DNA of 64,000 nucleotides from Phoronis australis (Eukaryota > Animalia > Phoronida), in NCBI GenBank assembly GCA_002633005.1, contig NMRA01000126.1:264979-328978 (forward strand), given 5' to 3'. The notes beneath the pieces are model-generated. The model made no database searches. It saw only the letters and a program-made list of their open reading frames with translations, and was not told where the DNA came from. Position numbers and translations under genes: made by a program. This document shows, in pieces, positions 1 through 12,600 of the stretch (positions are counted from its first letter, which is position 1; the number at the start of each line of letters is the position of its first letter).

Positions 1-119
1 GGAATTTCCGCAGAAAGGCCCACCCGACGAAATGCCCATGCCCATAAAATTTTATTTGATGTTAGTACTTCGGGTTTCAAGCGTTCAGACATTGGGTCGT
101 TTATTTCGAAAATTGCAAG

Positions 120-770
120 AGATGCAAATGGGTCCTGGGATACATCGTCAAGGTTTGAATTAGTCCATGATAAACGGATCAAATTTAGTTGCGCATGCTG
201 ATAGTCTTTTGAATGGACTTGGTAACCTCAGAGGGCTTAGTGCCAACTGAGCTGCGAAACGACATGCTGGCATTGTAGACGCGTACAAGCTCATTGACAC
301 AACAGTTGACGAAGTGCAAGTGTTGGGAACAAACGTCGCAGATGTCTGGGAAGAATGGTTCCAAGAGGAGCAAACCATTGGATCCGATGTACAGATTCCT
401 CGGCAGTCTAGACAACAGAAAGATAGGACCAACGTTCCTGGAGAAACACCCACTAGGTAATAAGTTATAATTCTACACAATTTGTAATAATGACGGTTTC
501 TTATACTTGTGTACAATGGAAACGAAATAGAAATTATTTTTGGACATGCCAAATTTACCCCGTACAGCAGAGGGTCTACGAGCGCACAGAAACTGATTCT
601 GGTTTGTATTTCCACTTGAGTGTATCTGCTTCATATCTAAAATCTATTTCACGTAGTGCGTAGTTAAATCTGCACTCAATAATTGTTTCGTTTCTTCCAG
701 TGAGTACTACAGAACGGTGCGAAAACCCTTCCTAGACAACCTGTCGCAACAATTGACCACCAGATGTGTA
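120..770 (+). pseudogene. Degenerate hAT-superfamily transposase fragment (THAP12/PRKRIR- or ZMYM1-like) with a retained intron
   Basis: Translates LRGLSAN*...IVDAYKLIDTTVDEV...WEEWFQE...IPRQSRQQKDRTNVPGETPT, then across a phase-2 GT-AG intron (457-700) SEYYRTVRKPFLDNLSQQLTTRC. This matches the hAT 'PR..RQ..R.N.P..TP.EYYR....PFLD.L..QL..RF' motif. Stops and frameshifts are present. Confidence 0.75.
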
Positions 771-3412
771 AACTACACGTATGAGCAACCACTGGGAATT
801 AAAAAGTCTCTAGAGAGAAGTTTTAAATTCAATTTTTTTGCAAAGTACGCTTTAGGTCTCGCGACGGACCAGGCCACCTTGATTTGTGTAGATATCGAGT
901 TTCAGTTCTGGTCCCTCGGCGAACTAGTCTTGTGATGTTTTTTAGCAAAGTGTGCTTTGTAAAGCTATATATCTTAGCCAGTACTGTTTGGTCCCGCGAC
1001 AGATCAACTATTTTTATAGGGATAATAAGCACAGGTGTTTTTTTGGTCTCTAGACGGACCAGGCCAGAGTTTTTGTGTACTCTCAGTGTACATCTGGTCC
1101 CTCTGCGAACTGCTCCTGTACACTGATCTTTTCACCACGGTGTACAGAATGTTTTGGTTTCGTGAAACTGAATTCAGATGATTTGTTTCCTGATACATTT
1201 GACGTTTTTCAATTGTTGTCAACGTAATTCAGCTTAATAAAGTGATACTTAATTGTTTATTCTCGCTTTTTATAATAGACTATGAGCTGAGCACCATCGT
1301 TTGCCAGTTTTTCTCGTAACGAGACAGAACACATGTTTATTTCCGGACTAACAGTACAGGTCTTCGTTCTTAAACAGCTTGAGGCTGTTGAGATCACCTG
1401 ATATTCAAGTTTTTACGCCCCGTCGGTGGTCCTTATGCTCTTGAATATTTGGTAGTTTTCAAAACCCCTGTATACACACCACACTTTTTCGTATGCTAAA
1501 AAGGTGTGTGTAAGCAGATGTTCCAACAAAATGTTTTGCTGGTGGTGTGACTCATACCCAGATGTGCACAAATATGGTTTCACGAAACTTATGAGCCAAG
1601 TTCATGTGACGAAATCGAGAAGGGTTAACTTTTTAATTATCTTAAGAAAACTCCAGGGACATGTTAAGTGCCAGAAACGTACCAGGATGCATGGAAATTT
1701 CACTGTTTGGCTACAAAAACATCTTTTGCACAGACTGCATGACGGCTCATCACCCCTCATGTTATCAGTTAAAAGCTCAATGTTCATCTTCTCCTCCCTA
1801 TCCCGTAAAGTTTCAATTTCAAAAAGTACGGGAAGAACGCAACTACAAACTCAATTCATAGATTTCTGATAGTTGTAATTTTTCGGTGAAAGTTAGGATA
1901 GGCAGTGTCGGATAAAGGATGGGAACCCTGACAATTTGAGCCACCCCTCTCCCAGTCACCACAATTTTCACCCCCCCNNNNNNNTATTACTGATTGACAA
2001 AATTTGATACAGATATGTACCCTGTGATTACGAGGTAGGGCCAACGGCGGGGCGAAGGTTGTAGGCGTCCGAGGCCAACAATACCAAAATGGTCCCATGG
2101 TATGTCTTTCAAAGCAGACATTTGTGTCTGCATCTATTGTAAAATTATGCTGTGAAACCCGTGAAGTCATCTAGAAGTATTTCAAATAAGGCAGTCCTTA
2201 ACCATGTGGTTGCAGGTTGTAGTCTTGCTATTATACTATGTAAATTTTATTGAAGGCATAACATTTTGAAAATTTAGAGGTGATGAAGGACGACGCAACC
2301 AAGAAGAACCACGACCCCGACACCTGTTACACCAACGCACAGTAATTGATAAAACATATCAAAAGTGCATTGTTTAATCGCTCGATATAACACAATCATC
2401 AAATCAGAAAAAAAAACATCTGGAATATTTCGAGAACGGTAAGTCGTAACGAGAAACCAACAATGCCACACACAAGATTTGAGAGGTTTCGGTCAAAGGA
2501 TTGCAGAACTAGAGCTAACCAATTGTTTTAAAAAGGCTAAACGGGACTAGCGAAATAAAATAAACACGTTTGTTTAACAACTCGATGTATTTGTAAGACT
2601 TTTACATCGAATTTTGATGATTTATTGGTGTAAAACGATGAATTGAAGCGATAAGCTGACACCAGTAAGCGTGTTGTGAACTGCTGAACAGACTGCATTC
2701 GAACCTCTGACGTCATTGGTTAATTTCAACACCTCTGTCTGCATGCCGTCAGGTGTCAGGTAAAAGACCTGTACTTGTTGTTATCGAGTGGAACTAATTG
2801 ATAAAAAATGATACAAAATAGGTTGTTTTTGGATGGTACCTGTAGGTTTTACTGAAAACATAGCATTTTTCTTTGATGTCCACGATGTAAGGTTTCTTGA
2901 AAATATAGCATTTTTGTTTGCTGGTCACGTCAGAAAATAAGAAGATTTTCAACAAGCGTAATTTGTAGCAATGAAGAATCAGTAATTGATGCTTTTTCAG
3001 AACACAGCCGAAATATCCTCTACTGACGCTCTTTCTGCGGGATGGAGGCGAGTTTTCCGAAATCTACCGTAATTTGAACGACGAGGTTTTATATGTTGAA
3101 GCATTTACCATAGGCACAAGAAGTTGGAATTCGTGGGCGAGCACAACCCCCATTCGTGATGTTGGGAGGGTGTGCAGTAACAACCACGGATCGGATGCCC
3201 ATTGAGAGCAAAATCTGAAACGTGGGATTAATGCATACGGCTAGTTGCCATGTTGTTATGATAAAACACCTAAGTATGAGAAAATTATTATTTTCGTTTG
3301 AAGTATACAGATTCAATGCTTGCAGTGAAAATTTAGATGCGTTGGACATAGAGTCAGACAAAGAGATTTTGTGAAACAATGACATTTTGTATAGCATCGT
3401 TCAATGACTTAC

Positions 3413-3619
3413 AAGTGCAGTTGACTTCGTCCTCCCCTTCATAGCAGTCTTCCTTCTGATCACAGACGGCGCTGCGGTTAATACAGAGATAACGTACCGG
3501 GCACTGATACTCATAGTCTTCGCACTTGGGAGGTGGAGGCGGTCTAACTAATCGTAATATCTGGTTAAGTGGTGGCCTTACACGTCCGACAGGTGTTTTC
3601 GTTGTTGTTGTTATCGGAT
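3413..3619 (-). CDS. LDLa module exon A1 (as A2 but PVRY instead of PVHY)
   Basis: ttgcag|AT ... ACT T|gtaagt; 207 nt, phase 1-1. It ends in a donor, so the gene continues downstream. Confidence 0.9.
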
Positions 3620-6600
3620 CTGCAATATCATGAAAACAAAAAAATCTTCTTGTCTTCAACTGTTGCTTATAATATAGTTTGAATTTTGATGATGCAGGTA
3701 TTACAATACATCACGTAACTGATTCCACGTCCGAGTCAGCACCCAGGTTGGTGACGCTCCGTCAAACTTAATTTCATTCATCCCTAATATGTTAGCCAGT
3801 CTGCCAGACGCACCGTTGTCCCGCTTCAGCTATATAACAGAGTATATGAGCTAAGATTTGAAACACTCCTCTAAACCTTTCCATCGCTCTGACGGTTTTC
3901 TGTAACTTGCCTGAGACATTTGTTCATTACTCATACAGTGTTCTTGCAAGAGTAAGGAATATTCTCCTTTCCACTATGTGCCAAAATCGACAGACAAGTT
4001 TAGAAACTTGTCTGCGGAAGCAGCTCCTAGTTGTGAGGAAATTGGATTGAAGGTTTTCCTCCTAAAAAATCACAAAGCTCCACTTAATGTCATAAGCGAG
4101 CTTTGCAGAAACATGTGCAGTGAACTACAAATTTAGAAGAGATAAAGGATGACGAAACCAAGAACACCAACAAGCACGACCATGACGCCTTCTACACCAT
4201 CGGACAGTAACTGATGGATAGATTACAACTGTATTCAGGAATCAGTCGATAAAACAGGCATCAAATCAGGAAAAAACATTTCGAATAACTCGAGAACCGT
4301 AAGTTGTAGCGAGAAACCAACAATGCTTTGAAGATAGCCCGGGAGGAGATCTACTTATCCCATACGCATTGAATCATTCAGTCGAGTGCAATTTGGCCAT
4401 GTGATATTGTTTTCCGTATTCTCCTCCCACAATACTTCAACAGTGCCCTCTGACATGGAAAGTTGAAAAGGTAGGTCAATGTCGACTCGACGTCGTTAGC
4501 GGAATTGACCAATAAACTTTCCCAAAATAGTTCAAAGTAGTACGATTGCAGCAATATAAATAACACTAAACATGCAATCATGTCCCAAACGTAACATTTG
4601 AAACAAAACTGTTAATTATATGACACTTTTGTCTCAGTTTTTATATGCAAAATATTATATCGTCTGCAACTCAGGCGCCGATTCCTCGGTAACTACAATA
4701 TCAAATATAGTAGTTATTTAACTATTTTCAGGAAATTTTTAAAGTCCAGTGCACCATTACCGTTTTTTTCGTCTTTGTTATCTCTTTTCATGTAATAAAT
4801 CGTTACATCTAAAACTGCTTCTTTTACTAGAGAAAACCTGTAACCTAACGAGCCCACAACCCAACCGTTGAGCTATTGACAAGATAAATATTGTGCATAA
4901 ATCTAATGTCGATCAGACGAATAGTGGGAAAGGTCTTTCGCAATGCTGATAGCGTTTGAAAAGATCTATTCATATACCCGACTTTCAGACACCTCCGTCA
5001 AGGGACGATGGCAGACATTTGTGTCGCTTTCTATATTGTTGTATGGTTATACTGAAAATGGGTGGCTAAAGAAAGATTATGCTGTGCAAGTGGTGTAATG
5101 ATCTAGAAGTAGTTCCAATAAAGTAGTCCTTAACCATGTGCTATCACGTTGGAGCCTTGTTTTAATGACTGTAAGTTTTATTGAAAACACGGCATTTTTG
5201 CTTGCTGGTCACGTCAGAAAATAAGAAGATTTTCAACAAGTGTAATTTGTATCAACGAAAAATCAGTTATTGATGCTTTTTCAGAACACATCCGAAATAT
5301 CCTCTACTAACGCTCTCTCTGCGGGATGGAGGCGAGTTTTCCGAATAATTTGAATGACGAGATTTATATGTTGAAGCATCTACCATAGGCACAAGAAGTT
5401 GGAATTCGTGGGCTGGGCAAGCACAACCCCCATTCGTGATGTTGGGAGGGTGTGCAGTCACAACCACGGATGCTCATGGAGAGCAAAATCTGAAACGTGG
5501 GATTAATGACTACTACGGTTAGTTGCCATATGGCTATGATAAAACACATAACTATGAGAAAATTATCATTTTCGTTTGAAATATGCAGATTGACTCCTTG
5601 CAGTGCAACTGTGGCTGCTTTGGCCATAGAGTCGGACAAAGAGATTTTGTGAAACAATGACATTTTGTATAGCATCGTACAATGACTTACAAGTGCAGTT
5701 GACTTCGTCCTCCCCTTCATAGCAGTCTTCCTTCTGATCACAGACGGCGCTGCGGTTAATACAGAGATAATGTACCGGGCACTGATACTCATAGTCTTCG
5801 CACTTGGGAGGTGGAGGCGGTCTAACTAATCGTAATATCTGGTTAAGTGGTGGCCTTACACGTCCGACAGGTGTTTTCGTTGTTGTTGTTATCGGATCTG
5901 CAAAATCATGAACACAAAAAATCTTCTTGTCTTCAATTGTTGTTTCTAATATAGTTCGAATTTTGATGATGCAGGTATTGAAGCTCAAATTACAAAACAT
6001 CATGTAACTGATTCCACGTCCGAGTCAGTACCCAGGTTGACGCTCCGTCAAACTTAATTTCACCTTAACCATGTGCTTTCACGTTGGAGCCTTGTTTTAA
6101 TGACTGTAAGTTTTACTGCCGGAAAACATAGCATTTTTGTTTGCTGCTCACGTCAGAAAATAAGAAGATTTTCAACAAGCGTAATTTGTATCAACGAAAA
6201 ATCAGTTATTGATGCTTTTTCAGAACACATCCGAAATATCCTCTACTAACGCTCTCTCTGCGGGATGGAGGCGAGTTTTCCGAATAATTTGAATGACGAG
6301 TTTTATATGTTGAAGCATCTACCATAGGCACAAGAAGTTGGAATTCGTGGGCGAGCACAACCCCCATTCGTGATGTTGGGAGGGTGTGCAGTCACAACCA
6401 CGGATGCTCATGGAGACCAAAATCTGAAACGTGGGATTAATGCCTACTAGGGCTAGTTGCCATATTGCTATGAGAAAACACCAAACTATGAGAAATTATT
6501 ATTTTCGTCTAAACTCTGCATATTGACTGTTTGCAGTGCAACTTTGGCTGCGTTGGCCATAGAGTCGGACAAAGAGATTTTGTGAGACAATGTTATTTTG

Positions 6601-9600
6601 TATAGCCTCGTTCAATGACTTACAAGTGCAGTTCACTTCGTCCTCCCCTTCAAAGCAGTCTTCCTTCTGATCACAGACTGCGCTGCGGTTAATACAGAGA
6701 TAACGTTCCGGGCACTCATACTCATAGTCTTCGCACTTGGGAGGTGGCGGCTGTTTAAAAATTCGCGTTAACTGGGAAGGTACTCGTCGTAGACTTGAAA
6801 CAGGTGCTGTCGTTGTTGTTGTTATCGGATCTGCAATATCATGAACATAACAAATCTTCTTGTCCTCAACTGTTGCTTCTAATACAGTTTGAATTTTAAT
6901 CATGCAGGTATTAAAGTTCAAATTGCAATCATCATGTAACTGATTCCACATCTGGGTCTGTACCCATGTTGATGACACTCCCTCAAACATAAATTTCATT
7001 CATGCCACAATATGTTAGCCAATCCGCTTTAACTATATAAGAGGATATATGAGCTAAAATTTAAAACACTGTTCCTAAACCTTTCCTCCGCTCTGAGGGT
7101 TTTCTCAGTGTAGCCTGCGACCAGCTACGACCCCCTTGACCCAGTCTACACAAGCTCGACTCGATCTGAACATAGAACAAGCGCTGACTTGCAGGACCAA
7201 TGAGTCAGGCCGTGAGCTCGGCTGTTTTTTCTTTGCTTTTTTCAATTAAGAGAGTCGATTCGGCTAGTTTAAAAGCTAAACACGAAAAAAACAACTCTTC
7301 CAAATCAAATCAAAGACTAACAACTTTACAAATGTCGTGCCCGGCAGAGTGTTATCGTCTCGTCTGCTCTTCAATGAATGGCAGACTCGAGCTTTTTAGG
7401 AGAGTGCGAGGAACCGACGAATATGTAATTTCATCAGTAAACACAGTTTGAAAAACAAACGCAATCTAGTAAAACCTTTGACCCATACGATGGAACATAC
7501 TAAAAGCATAAGCTGTACTTGATGAAAAGTTGTTTGGGGGCGACCCATTTATTTCTTGAACTGAGTTACTAAACGAGATGATTCAAAGTGCAAACATTTC
7601 ATCGTCAGCCTTCGTAATCAATTTTTGTAACAGATCAGTCTGTCAAAAGTGATGCAACGGCGTCGGACTATGAGTCTGAAGCAAGGTTTCAAATCGTGCG
7701 CCATACCAAAAAGGTGGAAGATATCTATTATGTGTACACGTAACATGGCCTGTAGATTTGCCTAAAAACGCGAATTAATCAAATTCCCACTGAGATGTAT
7801 TTCATGCGTATCACAGGCGTAAGACAAGTTACGTTGCAACACGTAAAGCTCCTTAATGCAAGGTTATCGTAGAAGAGGTGGTTTCGTTTCTTGTTTTGTT
7901 CTTATGCTTCTGGGGGTGGTTTTTTGATTCTATTTATTTTTTGACGCGTTATCATACTTCAATGCACTTCGTAACACCACTAATTTTGAACACCATGGAG
8001 CGAATGGGTTTCATTAATTGCTTCAAAAGGAAGACTGCCCGCCACTAAATAATTTATTAGCGAGATTGATGCTTGATGACTTCGGCTTGACGTAAACAAT
8101 GCTGGGTGTGATTTTTAGGCAGTCGAACTAATACTCACTATTATCCACAAATTTCCCTGCGCAATTCGTAGATACTGTCTGACAACATAATCCTAATAAA
8201 GGCAATTCACCTTCTTCTAAACGGTGGTAGAGCTCACTGCAACACTGGTATACTGGTTGTAAACAAAATACCGATATGCATTTGTGATCAACAATGTCCA
8301 GGGCGATACCTGCGTCACAAGCTAGTTTATGGACAAGACAAGAAGAACGTGGGATGGTGAAATAAAAATAATTTATTACGACAAAATAGTGGTACAAAGT
8401 AGAAGATTATAAAATAATATATACAACAGGCCAAATAATAATAGTCTCTGTAAGGATGACCAATAAAACGCCCAAGGCAGAGAAACTATTATCAGAGTAG
8501 GGAGGTAGGGGTGTACATCATGAACACTGCAGAAAGATTTAATTCAAATATCTGTGCTGCTGACACAAAGGAATGACACAGAAAACATGCAAATATACAA
8601 TTAACAGACATTCTTAATGAAAAATTACAATCATCAGCTTATATGAAGCGTGAGTTGCACCAAACTGGTGGCACATGACAGAAAATACCAATAGGAAGGC
8701 TGGAAATAGGTGTCCTGGGAGGATGCAGGTATATAGACCCACACAAAGAAATTGGTGGACCGGTCTGAAAGGTAGAAAAAAAGTGTCAGACAAGTCTATA
8801 TTTTCACCACATAAATTATAAGGAGTAAAATAAAATTTAAGATCGACATATGTCCTAAAAATAAATAAACGTGCGTCACAAGCTAGTCTTCAGAGGAGAG
8901 GTGGATTGGCAAAATAAGGGTCAATTATTGTGACAAAATAACGGTACTAAGTATAAGGATGAAAAATAATGAATATATAATAACTAAAATGATAATAATT
9001 CGTAGAAAGATAACCAATAAAAAATAATGCAAGAGAAGTTGTAAGATAGGTTGTGCCTATCTACAAAAACGCATGGAAAAGGAAAGGGGGGAAACAGATA
9101 TTTGTGAGGGGCTACTTTCAGTTTGCTGCCAACCAGATATCCAATCGTCACTCCAGCTCCAAAGCCAGCAGTGAGTTACGTTTACGCATCCTAAATGCTA
9201 TGAAACAGAAGTAATTTTATACCTCACATTACGTGCTCTGTAGAACTACAGCGACTTGCGGCAAAACATTACAATACAGCCTTAGCCGGTCTAACATTTT
9301 AACCATAGACCACGCGAGTTTACCAATGCCCTAGCATATAGAGGGATACAAAAACAGGAAAACCTTTCTTATAACAAAATCATAAAAAATGTTCTTTTAG
9401 TGATTGAGCAGTCCCCATGTCGTCACTGCTTAATCAGTGGCCCTTATCTTGAGCGGGACCCCTAAGCTGTTAACCGGCACTGACAATATAAATACATGGA
9501 AATGACACGTAAAAAAAGAAAAATGCTTCTTCCAAACAGCACCCCTTTTGTTTACTTACGGGTGCAGTCCTCTTCGTCATCTCCATTATGGCAATCCCTG

Positions 9601-12600
9601 ACCTGGTCACAGATGGCGTTGCGGTTAATACATAAATAATCGTCCCTGCATGAATACTCATAGTCTTTACAACTGGGAGGTGGTGGTACTACAAATCCAA
9701 ACGGTGGCATCCACTCACTTGGGGCTGAGGTTGTTGTGTGATCTGTAACATTATGACACAATGTATTTCTTGTTCAAAAATGCAACATTTATTAACAAAA
9801 TTTTCAGCCAAAATTTGCTTTGTCTTTGTCTTTCGCTTCTAATTGCCCACATGCGCACTTTGTAAATTTCGGTTCTTAACTACGATTCCTTCCTTGACGA
9901 AGAGACTCAGTCATTTCAAACCATTTTACAGTCACAAGCTGGTTTCAACGGTGCCAAATAAAACTAACACGGTAGTCGTTGTGTCTCCCTCCAGCAGATC
10001 TATGGATGAAAATTTGATACATAATACGATAATAAAAGTTTAAAAAACTTTTATTAGCTCTACTTGCAAGTTCCTCATAAGCCGTATAACCAAATTTGAA
10101 AATATCATATCATACTGACTGGACTTCACTCGTGACTTTCGATGAAGATTTAATGAAAAGAGAGTTTTTTCAAGACCAATCCCGTTGAAACACTATGAGA
10201 ATTTATATTATGAAAGCCTCATGCAAGGCCATCCTTGAACCACTCTTTTTGTTACACATTTTGGTATTTTACTCTAGATTTGATTCCGTGCTTCTGGTCT
10301 TGGTCTTGGCTTTCGTTATTTTGCCTTGATGACGAATGAACGTACATAACTTCACACATAAAAGCAAGCTCTACGTGTTGAATATCATGTACTGAATGGA
10401 CGTCATTGATCACTTGAACGGGGAGATCGTAAGCCCGTAAGTGGAATTATTCACAAGGGTGAAGTTCTGGGACTTCAGGAAAGTCCCACATTTAGGTTTA
10501 TCGGACATCCTAACCTAGTATAAGTATTGAGTCCTCCCCAGTCGTCACAGTTTAACGGCTCCTATCTTGCGCGGCACCCCTAAGTTGTATACCGACACTG
10601 CTAATATAAATACATGGAAATGACACGAAAAAAAGAAAAATGCTTCTTCCAAACAGCACCCCTTTTGTTTACTTACGGGTGCAGTCCTCTTCGTCATCTC
10701 CATTATGGCAATCCCTGACCTGGTCACAGATGGCGTTGCGGTTAATACATAAATAATCGTCCCTGCATGAATACTCATAGTCTTTACAACTGGGAGGTGG
10801 TGGTACTACAAATCCAAACGGTGGCATCCACTTACTTGGGGCTGAGGTTGTTGTGTGATCTGTAACATTATGACACAATGTATTTCTTGTTCAAAAATGC
10901 AACATTTATTAACAAAATTTTCAGCCAAAATTTGCTTTGTCTTTGTCTTTCGCTTCTAATTGCCCACATGCGCACTTTGTAAATTTCGGTTCTTAACTAC
11001 GATTCCTTCCTTGACGAAGAGACTCAGTCATTTCAAACCATTTTACAGTCACAAGCTGGTTTCAACGGTGCCAAATAAAACTAACACGGTAGTCGTTGTG
11101 TCTCCCTCCAGCAGATCTATGGATGAAAATTTGATACATAATACGATAATAAAAGTTTAAAAAACTTTTATTAGCTCTACTTGCAAGTTCCTCATAAGCC
11201 GTATAACCAAATTTGAAAATATCATATCATACTGACTGGACTTCACTCGTGACTTTCGATGAAGATTTAATGAAAAGAGAGTTTTTTCAAGACCAATCCC
11301 GTTGAAACACTATGAGAATTTATATTATGAAAGCCTCATGCAAGGCCATCGTTGAACCACTCTTTTTGTTTCACATTTTGGTATTTTACTCTAGATTTGA
11401 TTCCGTGCTTCTGGTCTTGGTCTTGGCTTTCGTTATTTTGCCTTGATGACGAGTGAAGGTACATAACTTCACACATAAAAGCAAGCTCAAAGTGTTGAGC
11501 ATCATGTACTGAATGGACGTCATTGATTACTTGAACGGGAAGATTGTAAGCCCGTAAGAGGAATTATTCACAAGGGTGAAGTTCGGGGACTTCAGGAAAG
11601 TCCCACATTTAGGTTTATCGGACATCCTAACCTAGTATAAGTATTGAGTGCTCCCCAGTCGTCACAGTTTAACGGCTCCTATCTTGCGCGGCACCCCCAA
11701 GTTGTATACCGGCACTGATAATATAAATACATGGAAATGACACGTAAACAAGAAAAATGCTTCTTCCAAACAGCACCCCTTTTGTTTACTTACGGGTGCA
11801 GTCCTCTTCGTCATCTCCATTATGGCAATCCCTGACCTGGTCACAGATGGCGTTGCGGTTAATACATAAATAATCGTCCCTGCATGAATACTCATAGTCT
11901 TTACAACTGGGAGGTGGTGGTACTACAAATCCAAACGGTGGCATCCACTCACTTGGGGCTGAGGTTGTTGTGTGATCTATAACGTTATGACAGAATGAAT
12001 TTCTTGTTCAAAAATGCAACATTTACTGTATGCAGTAAAACTAACAAATTTTCTGCCAACGTTTTCATCTAATTGTCTTTGTCTTTCGCTACTAACTGCC
12101 CACGTTATGAAAGAACGAACTTCTTGTCCAAAATTGCAAGTACTGTACAGCAGTAAAATAGCACAATTTTCAGTAAAAGTTCTCTGGCTGCTGACTGCCC
12201 TCATGAGTATAGTTTTGTTAGTTTCGGTTGTTGAAGTTACTTCTTAAGCTTTGACTTCCCGGATCAAAACACTCGTCAAATAGTTAGCTGAAATCATTAA
12301 CCAGCCAAAAAGTTAACCAGTCAAATAGAGTGTCAAATAAAATTGTCAGATGTTGTGTCTTTATCCACCGGATCTGGATTATAATTTTAGATACAACAGT
12401 ACTAGTTTAATATTAATCATTCGAAGGAAACGCAAGGTATCTTAAGCCTTTATAACCAATTATCGTATCATGTTGACCGAACTTACCTCAAGCATTTCCA
12501 TGTGAAGATTTAACAACAAGCTAATATACATTTTCAAAATCTCAAGCGGGACTATCTTTCGCATAATTGCAGTGTCTTACCCTCGTTTTGTGTGGATGCT

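Larger units (their letters stand above)
2880..7100. repeat. Tandem/segmental duplication family A (three exon+intron copies; one 936-bp unit 5128-6063 repeated from 6064)
   Basis: Intron text such as gtcacgtcagaaaataagaagattttcaacaag and gcgggatggaggcgagttttccgaa recurs near 2925, 5207 and 6147. A sharp junction at ~6063 joins aacttaatttca to ccttaaccatgtg (= 5128). Confidence 0.9.
9400..12100. repeat. Near-identical 1117-bp tandem repeat (~2.4 units, three B exons)
   Basis: Exon ends at 9560, 10677 and 11794 are exactly 1117 apart; introns differ by scattered substitutions only. Confidence 0.95.

Noticed and set aside
850-1112. Short spaced repeats (ggaccaggcca / tggtccc) superficially CRISPR-like
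   Set aside because: Repeats are degenerate and irregular, the context is eukaryotic and there are no cas genes; probably MITE-internal repeats.
2274-2471. Hydrophobic minus-strand ORF as a possible terminal or TM exon
   Set aside because: A diverged copy lies at ~4130-4330 within an intron, and no convincing phase-1 acceptor was found.
1-3412. Serine-protease domain expected if the gene were a TMPRSS/corin-like protease
   Set aside because: No IVGG, TAAHC or GDSGGP motifs were seen; the C-terminus lies outside the window or was not recognised, so no gene symbol is assigned.
3354-6999. ORF-track LDLa ORFs read as separate small single-exon genes
   Set aside because: Their starts and stops lie in intron sequence; consensus splice sites bound the domains precisely and no signal peptides are present.
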